Made by a program: the position numbers and the translations under genes. A stretch of DNA of 59,371 nucleotides, counting the filler, from Jimgerdemannia flammicorona (Eukaryota), in the NCBI GenBank assembly GCA_003990765.1. It is 3 parts of 3 records of this genome, joined end to end, with 100 filler letters (N's around TTAATTAATTAA, not from the genome) between each part and the next. Parts side by side here need not be neighbours in the genome. Positions count along the whole stretch, not along the records: positions 19,838 to 39,554 come from RBNJ01001865.1; 2 more parts are not named here. The stretch is one strand, 5' to 3'. The notes beneath the pieces are model-generated. The model saw only the letters and a program-made list of their open reading frames with translations, did no database searches and was not told the origin of the DNA. Shown here piece by piece: positions 25,211-37,835 of this stretch (its first letter is position 1; every line of letters begins with the position of its first letter).

Positions 25211-25450
25211 TATACTGGATAATGCCAGCACCAGTATTTTCATATAACACTGGATAATGCCAGCACTGGTATTCTCATGTAACACTGAATAATGCCAGCA
25301 CCAGTATTCTCATGTAACACTGGATAATGCCAGCACTGGTATTCTCATATAATACTAGATAATGCCAGTACTGGTATTCTGAGGTGACACGAAATTGTTC
25401 CAGTACCAGCATTTTGATGTAACACTAAATAATGCCAGCCCTGGAACTCA
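25211..25450. repeat. 7 x 35-bp tandem array with internal dyad, in LTR U3
   Basis: Units start at 25211, 25246, 25281, 25316, 25351, 25386 and 25421. Core AATGCCAG-CA-CTGGTATT. Only 4 units in the 3' LTR (~32503-32640). Confidence 0.92.
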
Positions 25451-25514
25451 GTAGTTTTAGTTATTGGAATTTATATTTAGCTTTATATCTTAGCAACCAT
25501 TGAATTGTATTTTG

Positions 25515-25547
25515 TATAAATACCCCTCTTATTTCCTCTGAAATAAA
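25515..25547 (+). promoter_or_regulatory. LTR A TATA box and polyadenylation signal
   Basis: TATAAATA at 25515-25522 and AATAAA at 25542-25547, conserved in all complete A LTRs. Confidence 0.65.
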
Positions 25548-25871
25548 GTCAGGTCCAGTTTCACTTACACACACTTCCTTGCAAGCAATCTAAGAGATAA
25601 CAAGACAGTTAAAAATAAGAAGTTTGAGGACTATAAGAACTTGGAAAGGCACTCCAATAAGAACTTGCTTATAACAACTTGAGTTAGTCTAATAGATACA
25701 TCTTGAAGAGAATCTGATATATTTGAAGGACTCAGTGACCACTACGTGACAACTTAGTACCCATTGACTAGTGATTCAAGATGAATTCCTCACTTTTAAG
25801 CTGAAAAATGAACAACCCCCACAACAACTACTCTGACTACAAGAGTCACCCCTGCAAGAATTCAAGATAAG

Positions 25872-28800
25872 ATGGAAATGTGTCCCCCCATATTCTATGG
25901 ATATACTACTGAAGAGTCAATCCTGACCTTCATTGAAGACTTTGAACAATTCGCTACCATATGAGCCCTTGATGTGGATGCTCAATTAGCCCTTCTACCA
26001 GTCAGCCTCAGAGAATCTGCCAGAGACAAGTTTAATGCAGCCACCATTACTGGTGCTGATGTAGTCAAACTTGCCAACATGAAGACCTTCCTCAGAACAA
26101 CATATTATACCGAAGAGATCAAGCAAGCTCTCAAGGATCAACTCAATACTATCTGCCAGAGACTTAGTGAAGATCCCAACTCATTCTATACCCAAATCTG
26201 CCACCAGATTGTCTTGGCTGGCTATGATGATGCCCTCAAGGAACAAATAGCAGATTCAACCTTCCTTAAAGAAGTTCACCCTGAAATTGCCCTAGCAATC
26301 TGGTCTACCCCAGCTGCACTGACCCTTGATTAGAAAGTGGTCTTTGCACAGAGATATTAGACTGCCAGACACTCTGCTGAACACTCAATGGAGAAAATAA
26401 CTGGCATTAAGATGGAGCCATCAAAGCCAACTAGTATCTTACCTGCTACAGTTGTAAACAGACAACCAACCCCACCTACCCCCAAGACAGCCAAAGCTGA
26501 CCCAGTGGAAGAACTTGCCAAGCAGTTTGCCGAGATGACTGCACACCTCGGTGATGTTGTTAGAGAAGTCCGAAGTGCCAACAGGAGACCAGTGCAGAGA
26601 TTTGCAGCTGCTACAGAAGAATGCAATATTACATGCTTCAGATGTGGAGAAGAAGGCCACTATGCAAAGAGTTGTATGACCAAAATGAGATACAAAGCCC
26701 AATCAAGCAATGCTAGCAGAACCAGAGAACAAACTAATGCAGTAGTCATCAAGGAGATCAGTGACACTAATGACAAAGAATACTACAAGGAGCTCGAATT
26801 CTACCCTGCTACTGAAGGTACCAGAACCTGGTCCAAGCTCTATGACAAGAAGAGCAACAGCAAGCCAGTTGGAAGACCAAAGAAGACTCCAGCTGTCACT
26901 ATTCAAAGCAAGACCCAACCTGAGGAGATTGATCAAGACATGAAGTTAGATGAAGCTGCCTGCCAAATTATCGAAGGCACTACTCCAGTCTCAGGAGAAA
27001 GCAAGAGCAAGAAGGAACAGAAGCTGTGCAAGACCAAGATCCACCAGTATGACATCTATAAGAACCTCAAGGAACAGAAGGTTAATGCCACTTTTGGGCA
27101 GCTAGCTGAAGTCCCTGCCTTCAGACAGCAGTTGAGAGTAGGACTTACAACTACCATCAAGAATCAAGAGTACAAGATCATAGAAGCTCATAATGCACAA
27201 GAAGAATCTGAGAACTCAGGTGAAGAATCTGAAGACCAGTGCAAGACATCAGCCTATACCCCCTGCCAGATCGAAGACTGTATCTTTGATGCCATCATTG
27301 ATACTGGTGCTGGAGGATGCCTCATGAGCAAGAAGGCAATTGACCACCTAGGTTGGGACATTGAAGAGTTCACCAAGATGGTCTATGTCATAGCAGACAG
27401 TACACGAGCTACCCCCCTTGGCAAAATCCGAGAAGTTCCCATCAAGATAGGAGGAGCTATCATCCCAGTAGATGTGATTGTTATAAGTACCACTAACTAT
27501 GACATCCTCATTGGCAACCAATGGCTTCACAAGGCCAAGGCCATCATTGACCTCAATGCTCAGAAGATACAGATCAACTATAGAGGAAGAAAGGTATGAG
27601 TTTCTATCAATGTCCACAAAGGAGTCCTGCTAGATATGGAGAAAGGAGATGAAGAAGACACAGAGGTCTTCATGCACTCAGTGAACAAGAACAAGAACAA
27701 GACACCCAAGCTCACAGATGAGCAGTAGTATAACAAGATCATCGGTGGGTATGCCCCTCAAGGAAGATGCTCCCATGGTACTAGAATATACTGCTCTGAA
27801 TATCTGAATGACTGCTGGTCCTGTATCAGTGAAGTTAGGAAAATCTGCCAACAGAAATATGAGCAAGAAGCTGCTGAAGCAAAAAGGAAAGCTGAAGAAA
27901 ATGACCAGCCCTCAGAGCTTCAAGCTGACAGTGATAATGAGGAGGAACAAGAATCAGACATCACCCTCAAGGTCAAGAAGTTTCACCCTAAAGCCAAGAT
28001 CCCAGAATATAAGACTGAAGGAGCCATAGGAATGGACCTTGCCAGCATCCAAGATGCTACCCTTGAACCACAGACCACCACCCTACTTGGCACTGGAATT
28101 GGAGTCAAGCTGCTAGAAAACCATGCCAGAATTATCAAGACCAGGAGCAGTCTGGCCAAAAGTGAAATCTCAGTTAAAGGAGGAGTAATTGACCCTAATT
28201 ACACCAGTGAGATTTTTCTCATAGTCAGAAATCACAACCACACCACTCCCTTCAAAGTCAAGAAGCATGACAGGATTGGCCAGATGCTGATCCATGAAAT
28301 CAAGAAGCCCAAGATCATAGAGGCCACTGAACTTATCAAGACCAAGAGTGGAGAACAAGGCTTTGGATCTACTGGAAGAGGAGCCTATGCTGCCACCAAG
28401 ATTACTGAACTTGAGCACAAGAAAGACAAGGACCAGAACAAGCATACATATACCATTGGAGAAAACTTTCCCCTAGAGGAACAACTTCTCAAGATCCTGT
28501 ACCAGAATGAAGGAGTACTTGCTACAGACTTTAGGGATATCTACAATCAAGAACCCAAGTACTACCATGAAGTTGACACTGGTGATACCAAGTCTATCTA
28601 CCAGAAAGCCAGACCCATACCACCTACCTACAGAGAGTGGCTGCAAGCCAAACTCAAGGAAATGGAAGAAGCTAGAATCATCAAGCAAGCTATCAGCCTC
28701 TGGGCCTCACCCATTGTCCTTGTCTTGAAGAAAGGAAGCAAGCCTGGAGAGTTTGCACCAAGACTCTGCATTGACTACAGGAAACTCAATGCCATCACCA

Positions 28801-31135
28801 AGAAGGATAGGCAGCTCTTGCCAAATATTCAAGAAATCCTTACCACCCTTGGAAGCAAAGCCAAATACTACACCACCTTGGATCTGTTCTCAGGCTTCCA
28901 TCAGATCAGTCTCACTCAAGATGCCAGTGAGAAATCAGCCTTCATCACACCTGATGCCACCTATATCTATCTATGAATGCCATTTGGAATATGTAATGCC
29001 CCAGCAAGTTTCCAGTGAATGATGAACAGAGTCTTTAGCAATGAGATTGGAAAATGGCTCTTTGTCTATGTTGATGATGTGATCATCTTCAGCAACACTG
29101 CATGGGAACATGTCAATCACATACAGCTAGCCCTCAAGAGGCTCAAGGAGCATGGCCTCTACATTAAGCCCAAGAAATGCAAGTTTGCAGCTCAAGAAAT
29201 TGCCTACCTAGGACACCTCATCAACCAGACCAGAATCCACACAGACCCCATGAAGATTGAGGCTGTTGCAGCCTACCCAAGACCCAGAACAACCACAGAA
29301 GTCCATACCTTCCTTGGACTAGCCAGCTACTACAGAAGATTCATCAAAGGATACTCTAACATTGCAGCACCTATCTATGAGCTACTGAAGAAGGAGACCA
29401 AATTCAAATAGACCAAGGAGTACTAAGAAACCTTCAATGAACTCAAGACCAGGTTGATCCAAGCACCCATCCTCAGAAGACCAGACTGGAACCTAGAATT
29501 CATCCTGCAGACAGACGCGAGTGCTATAGGACTTGGAGCAGTCCTAGCTCAGAAGAAAGATGGACATGAATATATCATCTCCTACGCAAGCCAAGATACC
29601 CACAGAGCAGAACAGAACTATAAGTCATACAAGCTTGAATTCTTAGTAGTAGTTTGGGCAGTAGACAAGTTCCACTTACCTAGCCAGAAAACACTTCACC
29701 ATTTAAACAGACCATTCTGCTCTTGCCTGGCTATTCCATACTCTGAACCCAAAAGGAATATATGTCAGATAGATCTACAGGCTGCAAGAATATGACTGTA
29801 CTGTCAAGCACTGCCCAGGAAAGACCAACACCAATGCCGATGCACTCTCAAGGACACCCTGAAACATCTCCATCAAGACTATTCAATATGAATAAGGAGC
29901 TATACTATGGATTAATCAGCTATCTTGGGCAGTGGAAGATGCCCAACCACCTCGAACCCTAGACAATCACTATCATCAACTAGACTTGGAAACAGTTTGA
30001 ATTAGACAACACTATACTCAGAAAAGGAGGAAAGCTAGTAATATCTGAACATAAGAAGTATCAAGTAATGAAGGAAGTACACGAGCAAGGACACTTAAGA
30101 GGAACCAATACATATGACAAGGCAAGAAGAACCATGTGGTGGCCCAAGATGGAAGAAGACCTGTGCCAATTTGTCAAAGGGTATAATAAGTGCCAAAAAC
30201 AGAAACAAGATCAGCAAGACCAGGCACCCGGATCATCAAGAATTGAGCCTATCCCCTTCCATCACATTGCAATGGATATCATTAGACCACTACCAGTAAC
30301 ACTATCAGGAAACTGCTATATTATAGTTATTGTAGACCTCTTCACCAAATAGATAGAGGCAGGAGCATTACAAGAAGCCAATGCCCTCTCTATAGCTGAT
30401 TTCTTATACCGAGAAATCATCTGCCACTACAAGATACCAAAGCAAATCACAACAGACTGCGGCACAGAATTTGTCAATAGATTCTATGAGATAATGTATC
30501 AGAAATACAAGATCCAGCATATCAAGACCATCATGTACTACCCTCAAGGAAATGGACAGACAGAGAGAACCAACAAGACCCTCAAGAACATTCTAGCAAA
30601 GATCTCAGAGACATATGAGAATTGGGATAACTATCTCCCAACTGCCCTCTCTGTTCTATGAGATATATGGTCACAGAGCACACATTTTACCCCAAGAGAG
30701 CTGCTCTTCAGAGAAGAAGATTCTAATGGAACCTCAGCCACAAATCTAGACCTAACTTGGAGATGGGTTGATGTAGAAATCCGGAGACTACACCAAATCA
30801 GGAAGAAGGCTGAAAATTACATCACCAAGTCACAAGTACTGACAAGGAAGAATGCAGAAAAGAATCACAAGGCCCTAGAACCCATCCGAATTGGAGAAAA
30901 GGTTCTACTATATCGAAATATAGTAGAAGTCTCATGGTCATGAAAACTGGAGCCCAAATGGGAAGAACCCTTCTACATGCAAGATATCAAGGGAACTACC
31001 TTCTGGCTTAGAAAAATCTCAGGGACTATACTGTCTACCATGGTACATAGGAACAGACTCAAGAAGTACCACAAACCTATACAAGAGAAGCAAAATGTGA
31101 TGACTGCCCATGAGGTTCTAGTCCACGAATTGTAA
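25872..31135 (+). pseudogene. gag-pol polyprotein (Gag/CCHC, aspartic protease, dUTPase, RT, RNase H, integrase)
   Basis: CFRCGEEGHYAKSC; AIIDTGAG; dUTPase motifs; LCIDYRKLN; YVDD; LQTDAS; integrase HH-CC remnant, PQGNGQTER and WE(G)PF. Essentially one frame with many transition-derived stops and a frameshift near 29680. Confidence 0.95.
27960..28376 (+). other. dUTPase domain between protease and RT
   Basis: GAIGMDL, TRSSLA, GVIDPNYTSEI, DRIGQM and GEQGFGSTG are the five trimeric dUTPase motifs. Confidence 0.92.
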
Positions 31136-31448
31136 CAGCATGTCCTGTGACCAGCAAGCTATCTGTCTGGACCATTCTCTAAGGGATACGGCACTGGCAA
31201 CTACTCATCTGTGAGACTTTCATAGTCAGAGGAGTTTGAACCATCAACTGATTGGTCAAGATCAGAATCAGGCCCTTGCTCTATATGAAGGGAGTGACTC
31301 TTCACCATCATGCCAAAATACAAAGAGAAGACGCCAGCCCATAAACACCAGTTTTTGACCCCTTGCCAGAGGTTATGGGATCAGCAAATTTTTCAGGACT
31401 GGATCAATGAATAAGGATGCTCAGGAAGATCCTTATTCAGGAGGAAGA

Positions 31449-32957
31449 TGTAATGATAACCCCAGAATAATGACATCAGCACAGGAGACAGCCTTTCTTT
31501 ACAAGCCACCAGATTGGAGCACAAGAAGATCATACAGCATATGAGATGAGCAATGATGACCAACTGTGAGTCATTGTGACCACAGCACAAGTATCCTGAA
31601 GAATATAAAAGAAGGATCAAGGAACTGTAGTAGTAGCAACCAACAAGAACCACTAATCCCAAAATAGCTCAAAGACTTACCACAAACAAAATGCCTGCTG
31701 CCCACCAAACCTCAAGGTCAAGGAATCACCAAGGTATCTTAGTCGAGGAAAGGATGTTCCAAGACATCAGAAGAGCCATGAGGACCTGCTCAAGAAGGAC
31801 TCCTAGTGTCAACCTGGGTACTGCAGACCCTTATCACTTTATTCTCTACCACCACGAAATGGAAACAAGGATCACTATTGCTACCGAATACCTCCAAATG
31901 TAGTAGAAGTATGAAATAGGAAACCTCCTCTGCCAGGAGTTCCCACAGGCCAGCATCCAAGAGCTACAAGATGCCACTCCCATGGATATATGTGAAACAA
32001 GGACAGCTAGGAAGATCCATCAGATCTTCAGGTATGCACCATGGTCAATCCCCAACTTGGAGTATGTTAGAGTCTCAGATTTCAGAGATCTATCATCCTG
32101 CCATATCAATGCACTAGAAGCCAGGGTGGCTACAGAAGCCCAATCCACTATCACCCTCAACAGCAAAGAAGTAGAAGACTTCTGGCACTCTATCCTTCAG
32201 GACAACTCAGATCAATTCCTGCAAGAATTGATCTCAGTATTCCAAGGCCCAAGCATCTGGGTTAGATCTCCCAAGACCCCACATTTGTTCCTTATTTTGT
32301 GGAAGAGAACCTCATAGACTGGAGAGCTCCAGACCTTGTCCCCGATTTCCCCGCCACAGCTGAATGTGATGACATCATCAATGATGTCATCCCGCATAAC
32401 ATCGAAGCATGCAAAAATGATGAATTCGTAGATCTCATCTCCTTCAGTGATGATGATGATGAAGCCCCCATAATCCTGAACTTTCTGCTCTAAGTTCTTT
32501 GTTACACTAGATAATGCCAGCACCAGTATTCTCATGTAATACTGGATAATACCAGTACCGGCATTCTGAGGTGATGTGAAATTGTTCCAGCACCGGTATT
32601 TTGATGTGACACTAAATAATGCCAGCCCTAGAACTTAGTAGTTTTAGTTATTGGAATTTATATTTAGCTTTATATCTTAGCAACCATTGAATTATATTTT
32701 GTATAAATACCTCTCTTATTTTCTCTGAAATAAAGTTAGTCAATTCAGTGCATTCAGTCTTCTCAGTATAATACACACACTTCCTTGCAAGCAATCTAAG
32801 AGATAACAAGACAGTTAAAGATAAGAAGTTTGAGGACTATAAGACCTTGGGAAGGCACTCCAATAAGAACTTACTTATAACAACTTGAGTTAGTCTAAGA
32901 GATACACCTTGAAGAGAATCTGGCGTATTTGAAGAACTTAGTGATCACTATGTGACA
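31449..32957 (+). repeat. 3' LTR, family A copy 1 (1509 bp)
   Basis: Follows the PPT. Homologous to the 5' LTR with fewer 35-bp units. Confidence 0.95.
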
Positions 32958-32979
32958 ATACTCTTAGTACTGAGTATAT

Positions 32980-35900
32980 TGTAACCTCAGCTCTACTTTC
33001 TTAGATATATATAAGAATAAAGTAGTATTTATATTACAAAAAACCTCAGATCTGACTTGTTAATAATTCTAAGCCTGATTAACTTAGGATATAAGTATGA
33101 CCTCTTCTCTAACACTCATACCTGAAGTAATACCCAGACTCTGCTGTAAAAGGCAATTAGAACTTAGTACTTCCTTAAGAATCTAGAACCTAGGGCCAAT
33201 AGTTATCATTAATTATCCATAATATATTAATTTTATTGATTTATAGTTTTATTATAAATTAGTAGTAGTAGAAGTTACCTCATACCCACAAGCAATCCTT
33301 CTTCAAGAATTTACTATAGATAATCAGAACTGGTCAATATTACTAACATTATCAGTAATAGTCAAGAAGTATTTTTACTCTAAATACTCCTCAGACTCAA
33401 GTTAAAAAATCCAATAGAATCATTATTAAGTAGACCAAGACTCATACTAGCTAAGAAGAGTTTGACAAACTCAATAACAAAACCATCTAAGAAGTATTCA
33501 ACACTTTTTTTATACTCAACAAAGAAGTTTCCTATACTTTAGAACTTAAGAAGAAATTCAACAAATTAGTCAGTAGCTACTTTTATAAAAAATATATATA
33601 AGAATCTATCAAGACTACAAGTGAGCACTTTCTGAACCTCTTTCTAAATAATTGCTACTATAAATCCAAGACTTTTCTGAACTATAAAGAATACTATATC
33701 TATTAGAAGAAATCCTACTTCTATTATCAAATTCTCTATACATAAGTAAGAATAATCTAGTGATAAGAACTATAAACCACCAGATCTAGTGAGACTTCTA
33801 TTATATCATCCAGATCTAAAAGAATAATTGAAGAAATATCTGAACCTGATCCTGGAGGGCCCAGTACTATTATAGAACCACTACTAAGGACATCAAGCCT
33901 ACTAAGAATTACAGCAGATCCAATAGCTACTCTATAAAGACTACTAGTCTATAAGCTTATCTACCTTAGTAATATTATAGAAAAATCAACTCCCAATTAT
34001 GATTGATATACTATAATAATAGAAGAAGAACCTCAACTATCTCACCAAGCAGATAATAGAGACAGCAGAATGATATCAGCAGATAATAAGATAGCAGCAT
34101 TGGCTGACCAAGTAGCCATACTCACTTATGCTCTTTATCTTAGTAATAAAATAAATAAGCCTATAAAAGGCCTCTGTCTTAACCTATTTGAAGGTAAAGT
34201 AGACTAAGTAACAACATTTATAAGACAAGTTAATATCAATTACCATACTAATAGATGGAATAATAATCAGAACTCAGACAGTACTCTTAATAACAATGTG
34301 TACTATAAGATTAAAGACCTTTATATAACTATAGACTCATAAGTAGAAAAGGTTGCCATATACTTTACAGGCACAGCTACCTATTAGTGGTATAACCTAC
34401 TAGTGCATCCTCTCATCTAAGAAACTCATATCAAAATTATTACAAGTAATAGAGATGATCACTCTGACAACAAAGCTTATCTAGCTACTATAGGTCTAAA
34501 GGAGCTGATTATTAAGTAGTTCTACAGCTAAGTCAGAACCAAACTCAAGAACCTACAATTCTATAATAATGGAAAAGAAGATTTTGAAGTATTTGTCACA
34601 AGACTAGAAATCCTCCTAAATACTATAAAAGCAGGAAATAGTTAATGAGAGCAGACTGTAAATAAAACATAAGATATTTATTTTTTTGATACTATCTCTG
34701 GATAGTTATCAGAAAAAAAAATCCATGAACAAGAATAATCCTATAATTGCCCACATAAGTAATAGTACCTAAGATAAGCTGTTATCAGAGTATATACTAT
34801 TCTTATAGCTCAGAGGCCAAGAGATAATAGAAACAATAACAAAAGAGACAAATAATGTCAATTTAAAAAGATATATAAATCTCAAAATGAGTCCACAAGA
34901 CTATAAGATGGATTTAAGAAACTATCTGATAAGAAAATAGAAGAACTTATAAAGAAAGAAGTATGTTTTTACTATAAAAAGAGAGAATATATATTATGTA
35001 AATATTCTGATAAGAAGAATATAAACAAAGGACCATCCTTCTCACACACTATCATTATGATAGAAGATGATCCAAAAGGAACTTCTGAGAAAATCAAGGT
35101 CAAGAGATTCTATATTGCTGCAAAGATCCTAGATAAGATATATAAAGCTAATACTAGCTATGACCTCTACTCTAGTATAGAAGCAATCATTGAACCAGAC
35201 AAGCAAGCAACCATTAGCACAGGTGTTAGAATAGAAGTCCCTAAAGAAACCTATATCTGTCTCACAGAAAGGAATAGTTTGGCTAAAAAAGAGAGACTTT
35301 ATATAGCTAGAGGAGTTGTAGACTAAGGATTCAAGAGTGGGATCAAGGTTCTACTGTACAATATAGGATAAAAGGCTGTCAAAATCACATGTGGAAAATG
35401 AATTACCCAAGCCATCATTGAAGTAATATGAAATAATCTTGAAGTGGAAGAAATGAATAAGCTATCATTTTTTAATAAAGGAGAAAAAGCTTTTAGATTA
35501 ACAGAAAAGTACTCTGACAAGACTAAGAAGAAGACCAAGTTAAAGAAGATTGTCTATATTGAAGAACCTTAAGCCTGAGACCAGAAATAGTATCAGCACA
35601 TCACTGATAAATATTTTTCTGCAAAATAATATCTATATATTGTTATATAGTGGTCACTGAGTCCTTCAAATATATCAGATTCTCTTCAAGGTGTATTTCT
35701 TAGACTAACTCAAGTTTGTTATAAGCAAGTTCTTATTGGAGTGCCTTCCCAAGGTCTTATAGTCCTCAAACTTCTTATCTTTAAAGTGTCTTGTTATCTT
35801 TTTAGATTTCTTGCAAGAAATTATATATATTACACTAAGAAGAACTGACTTTATTTCAAAGAAAATAAGAGGAGTATTTATACAAAATATAATTTAATGG

Positions 35901-37835
35901 TTGCTAAGATATAAAGCTAAATATAAATTTCAATAATCAAATAAAATTCTAGAACATAGAAAACTGCAGTTGTCAATACAGATTCCAGTATTAGTACAGA
36001 TGGTTGTATAAGTTCAGAGTACTGGTAGAATTTTAGTAGTACAGAAAAAGAATGCTAGAAGAATTCAGAGTCACACAGGAAAAGGATGCTGGCAGAATTC
36101 AGTATTATCAAGAACTCAGAGCAGAAAGTTCAGAATCATGGGGGCTTTATCCTCATCACTTTCCTCAAAGGAGATGAGGTCTGCAAACATTTTATCTATT
36201 TTGTATACTTTATCACATATTTCACATATATCATGTAGGATGATATTATCATTGATAATGTTATCATGTTCAGTGATAGGGAGAGCAAGGAGATCAGGGG
36301 CTCTCTAGTCTATGAGGTCCTCTTCCACAAAATAAGAGACAAATGTAGGGTCTTGGAGAGGTCTAATCTGAATGCTTGGGCCTTGAAATACTGAGATCAA
36401 TTCTTATAGAAATTGATCTGAGTTGTCCTGAAGGATGAGATACTAGAACTCTTCTATCTTATTACTATTGAGGGTGATAGTGAACTGGACTTCTATAGCC
36501 ACTATGGCTTTTAGTACATTGATATAGTAGGCTGACAGATCTCTGAAGTCTGAGACTCTGGTATACTCTAAGTTGGGAATTGATCATAATGCATGCCTGA
36601 AGATCTGTTGAATCTTCTTGGCTATCCTTATTTCACATATATCTATAGAAGTAACATCTTGTAACTCTTGAAGACTGGCTTGAGGGAATTTCTGGTAGAG
36701 GAGATTTCCTATTTAATATTCTTGCCATATTTGGAGACATTTAGTAACAATAGTAATTCTTGTTCCCATCTTATAGCAGTAGAGAATATAATGATAAGGG
36801 TTACCAGTACCCAGATTGACACTAGAAGTCCTTGTGGTATAGGTTCTTATGGCTCTTTGGATATCTTAGAACATCCTTTCCTGAACTGAGGAGGCTTGGT
36901 AGTTCCTTGACCTTGAGGTTTGGTGAGCAGTAGGCATTTTGTTTGTGATAAGTCTTTGAGCTATTTTGGGATTAGTGGGTCTTGTTAAGTTGCTGCTACT
37001 GCAATTCCTTGATCCTTCTTTTATATTCCTTGAGATGTCTGTCTTGTGGTCCCAATGACTCACAGTTGGTCATTATAGCTCATCTTGTAGCCTGGGTGAG
37101 TCACACTGTATAATCCTCTTGTGCTCCAATCTGGTGGCTTGTAAGGAAAGGCTGTCTCCTGTACTGATATCATTATTTTGAGGTCACCATTACAATGTAA
37201 TTAAGATGTACTATTTCAAGTATATAGGAGAATATATTATATATATTCTTAAATTTAAGAAGTATATGCCAACTATCTCAGAATGATGAGATGAAGAAAT
37301 CAAGAACATCAATGATGAAGATGGAGAAATATAAGATTGAGAAGAAGAAACTACTTCAGAAAAAATTGCTGCCTAGTAAGAAACTAATACAGAATATATC
37401 TATCTTTAAGAAAAAATTAAAGAAAATTCTATTGAAGTTCTTATTGACAATAAAGTAAGCAAATGCTACCTTGACCAAGAAACAGCTGACAAATTCTATC
37501 TTAAGATATAAAGGAATCTAGAAGGAAACATTACTATATTTAGAAATGAAACAATATAGAAACTTTCTAAGATATGTAAGAATATACTTCTATAACTCAG
37601 AAACTATACCATAAGATAAACCTTCTATATTATATACCTTTCTGGACATAACTTCATTCTTGAAAAATCCTGACTTGCTTAGAAGAACCCCCAAATCAAT
37701 TGACAAATCAATATGATCTCTCTGAGAGAAAGCAAGTTATGTATACCAAAAAGAATCCAAAGTCCAGATATAATATTATCTCTATTATTCAGATGAAGAA
37801 GCTGATTTGAAAACCAGATTAATATATCTACATAT
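32980..37835 (+). mobile_element. Old gypsy relic (family C) with Gag zinc knuckle - dUTPase - protease order, interrupted by younger LTRs
   Basis: Decayed knuckle VCFY.KKR.. at ~34960. dUTPase at ~35090-35500 (YDLYS, STGVRIEVP, RNSLA, GVVD). Protease at ~37420-37720 (VLIDN..SKCYLD, FIL..S*L..KNPQIN*). Left boundary tentative. Confidence 0.7.
35641..37194 (-). mobile_element. Solo LTR, family A
   Basis: Reverse complement of the A LTR end to end, including the U3 ORF. Flanks ATAT/ATGT. Confidence 0.92.

Larger units (their letters stand above)
24123..25751 (+). repeat. 5' LTR, family A copy 1 (1629 bp)
   Basis: TGTAAC...GTGACA. Homologous to 31449-32957, 35641-37194(-), 46317-48669 and 54335-55934. 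Confidence 0.95.
24123..32957 (+). mobile_element. Full-length Ty3/gypsy LTR retrotransposon, family A copy 1 (dUTPase-bearing), inactivated
   Basis: LTRs 24123-25751 and 31449-32957 (TG...CA). PPT CAGGAGGAAGA before the 3' LTR. Order gag-PR-DUT-RT-RH-INT. Flanks ATAT/ATAC. Confidence 0.95.

Noticed and set aside
25211..25450. Palindromic 35-bp repeats as a CRISPR array
   Set aside because: Units are contiguous with no unique spacers, there are no cas genes, and the array lies in a eukaryotic LTR.
30880..31135. Chromodomain at the integrase C-terminus
   Set aside because: Only a GPF/SH3-like tail (WEEPF...VHRNRLKKY) precedes the stop; no chromodomain motif.
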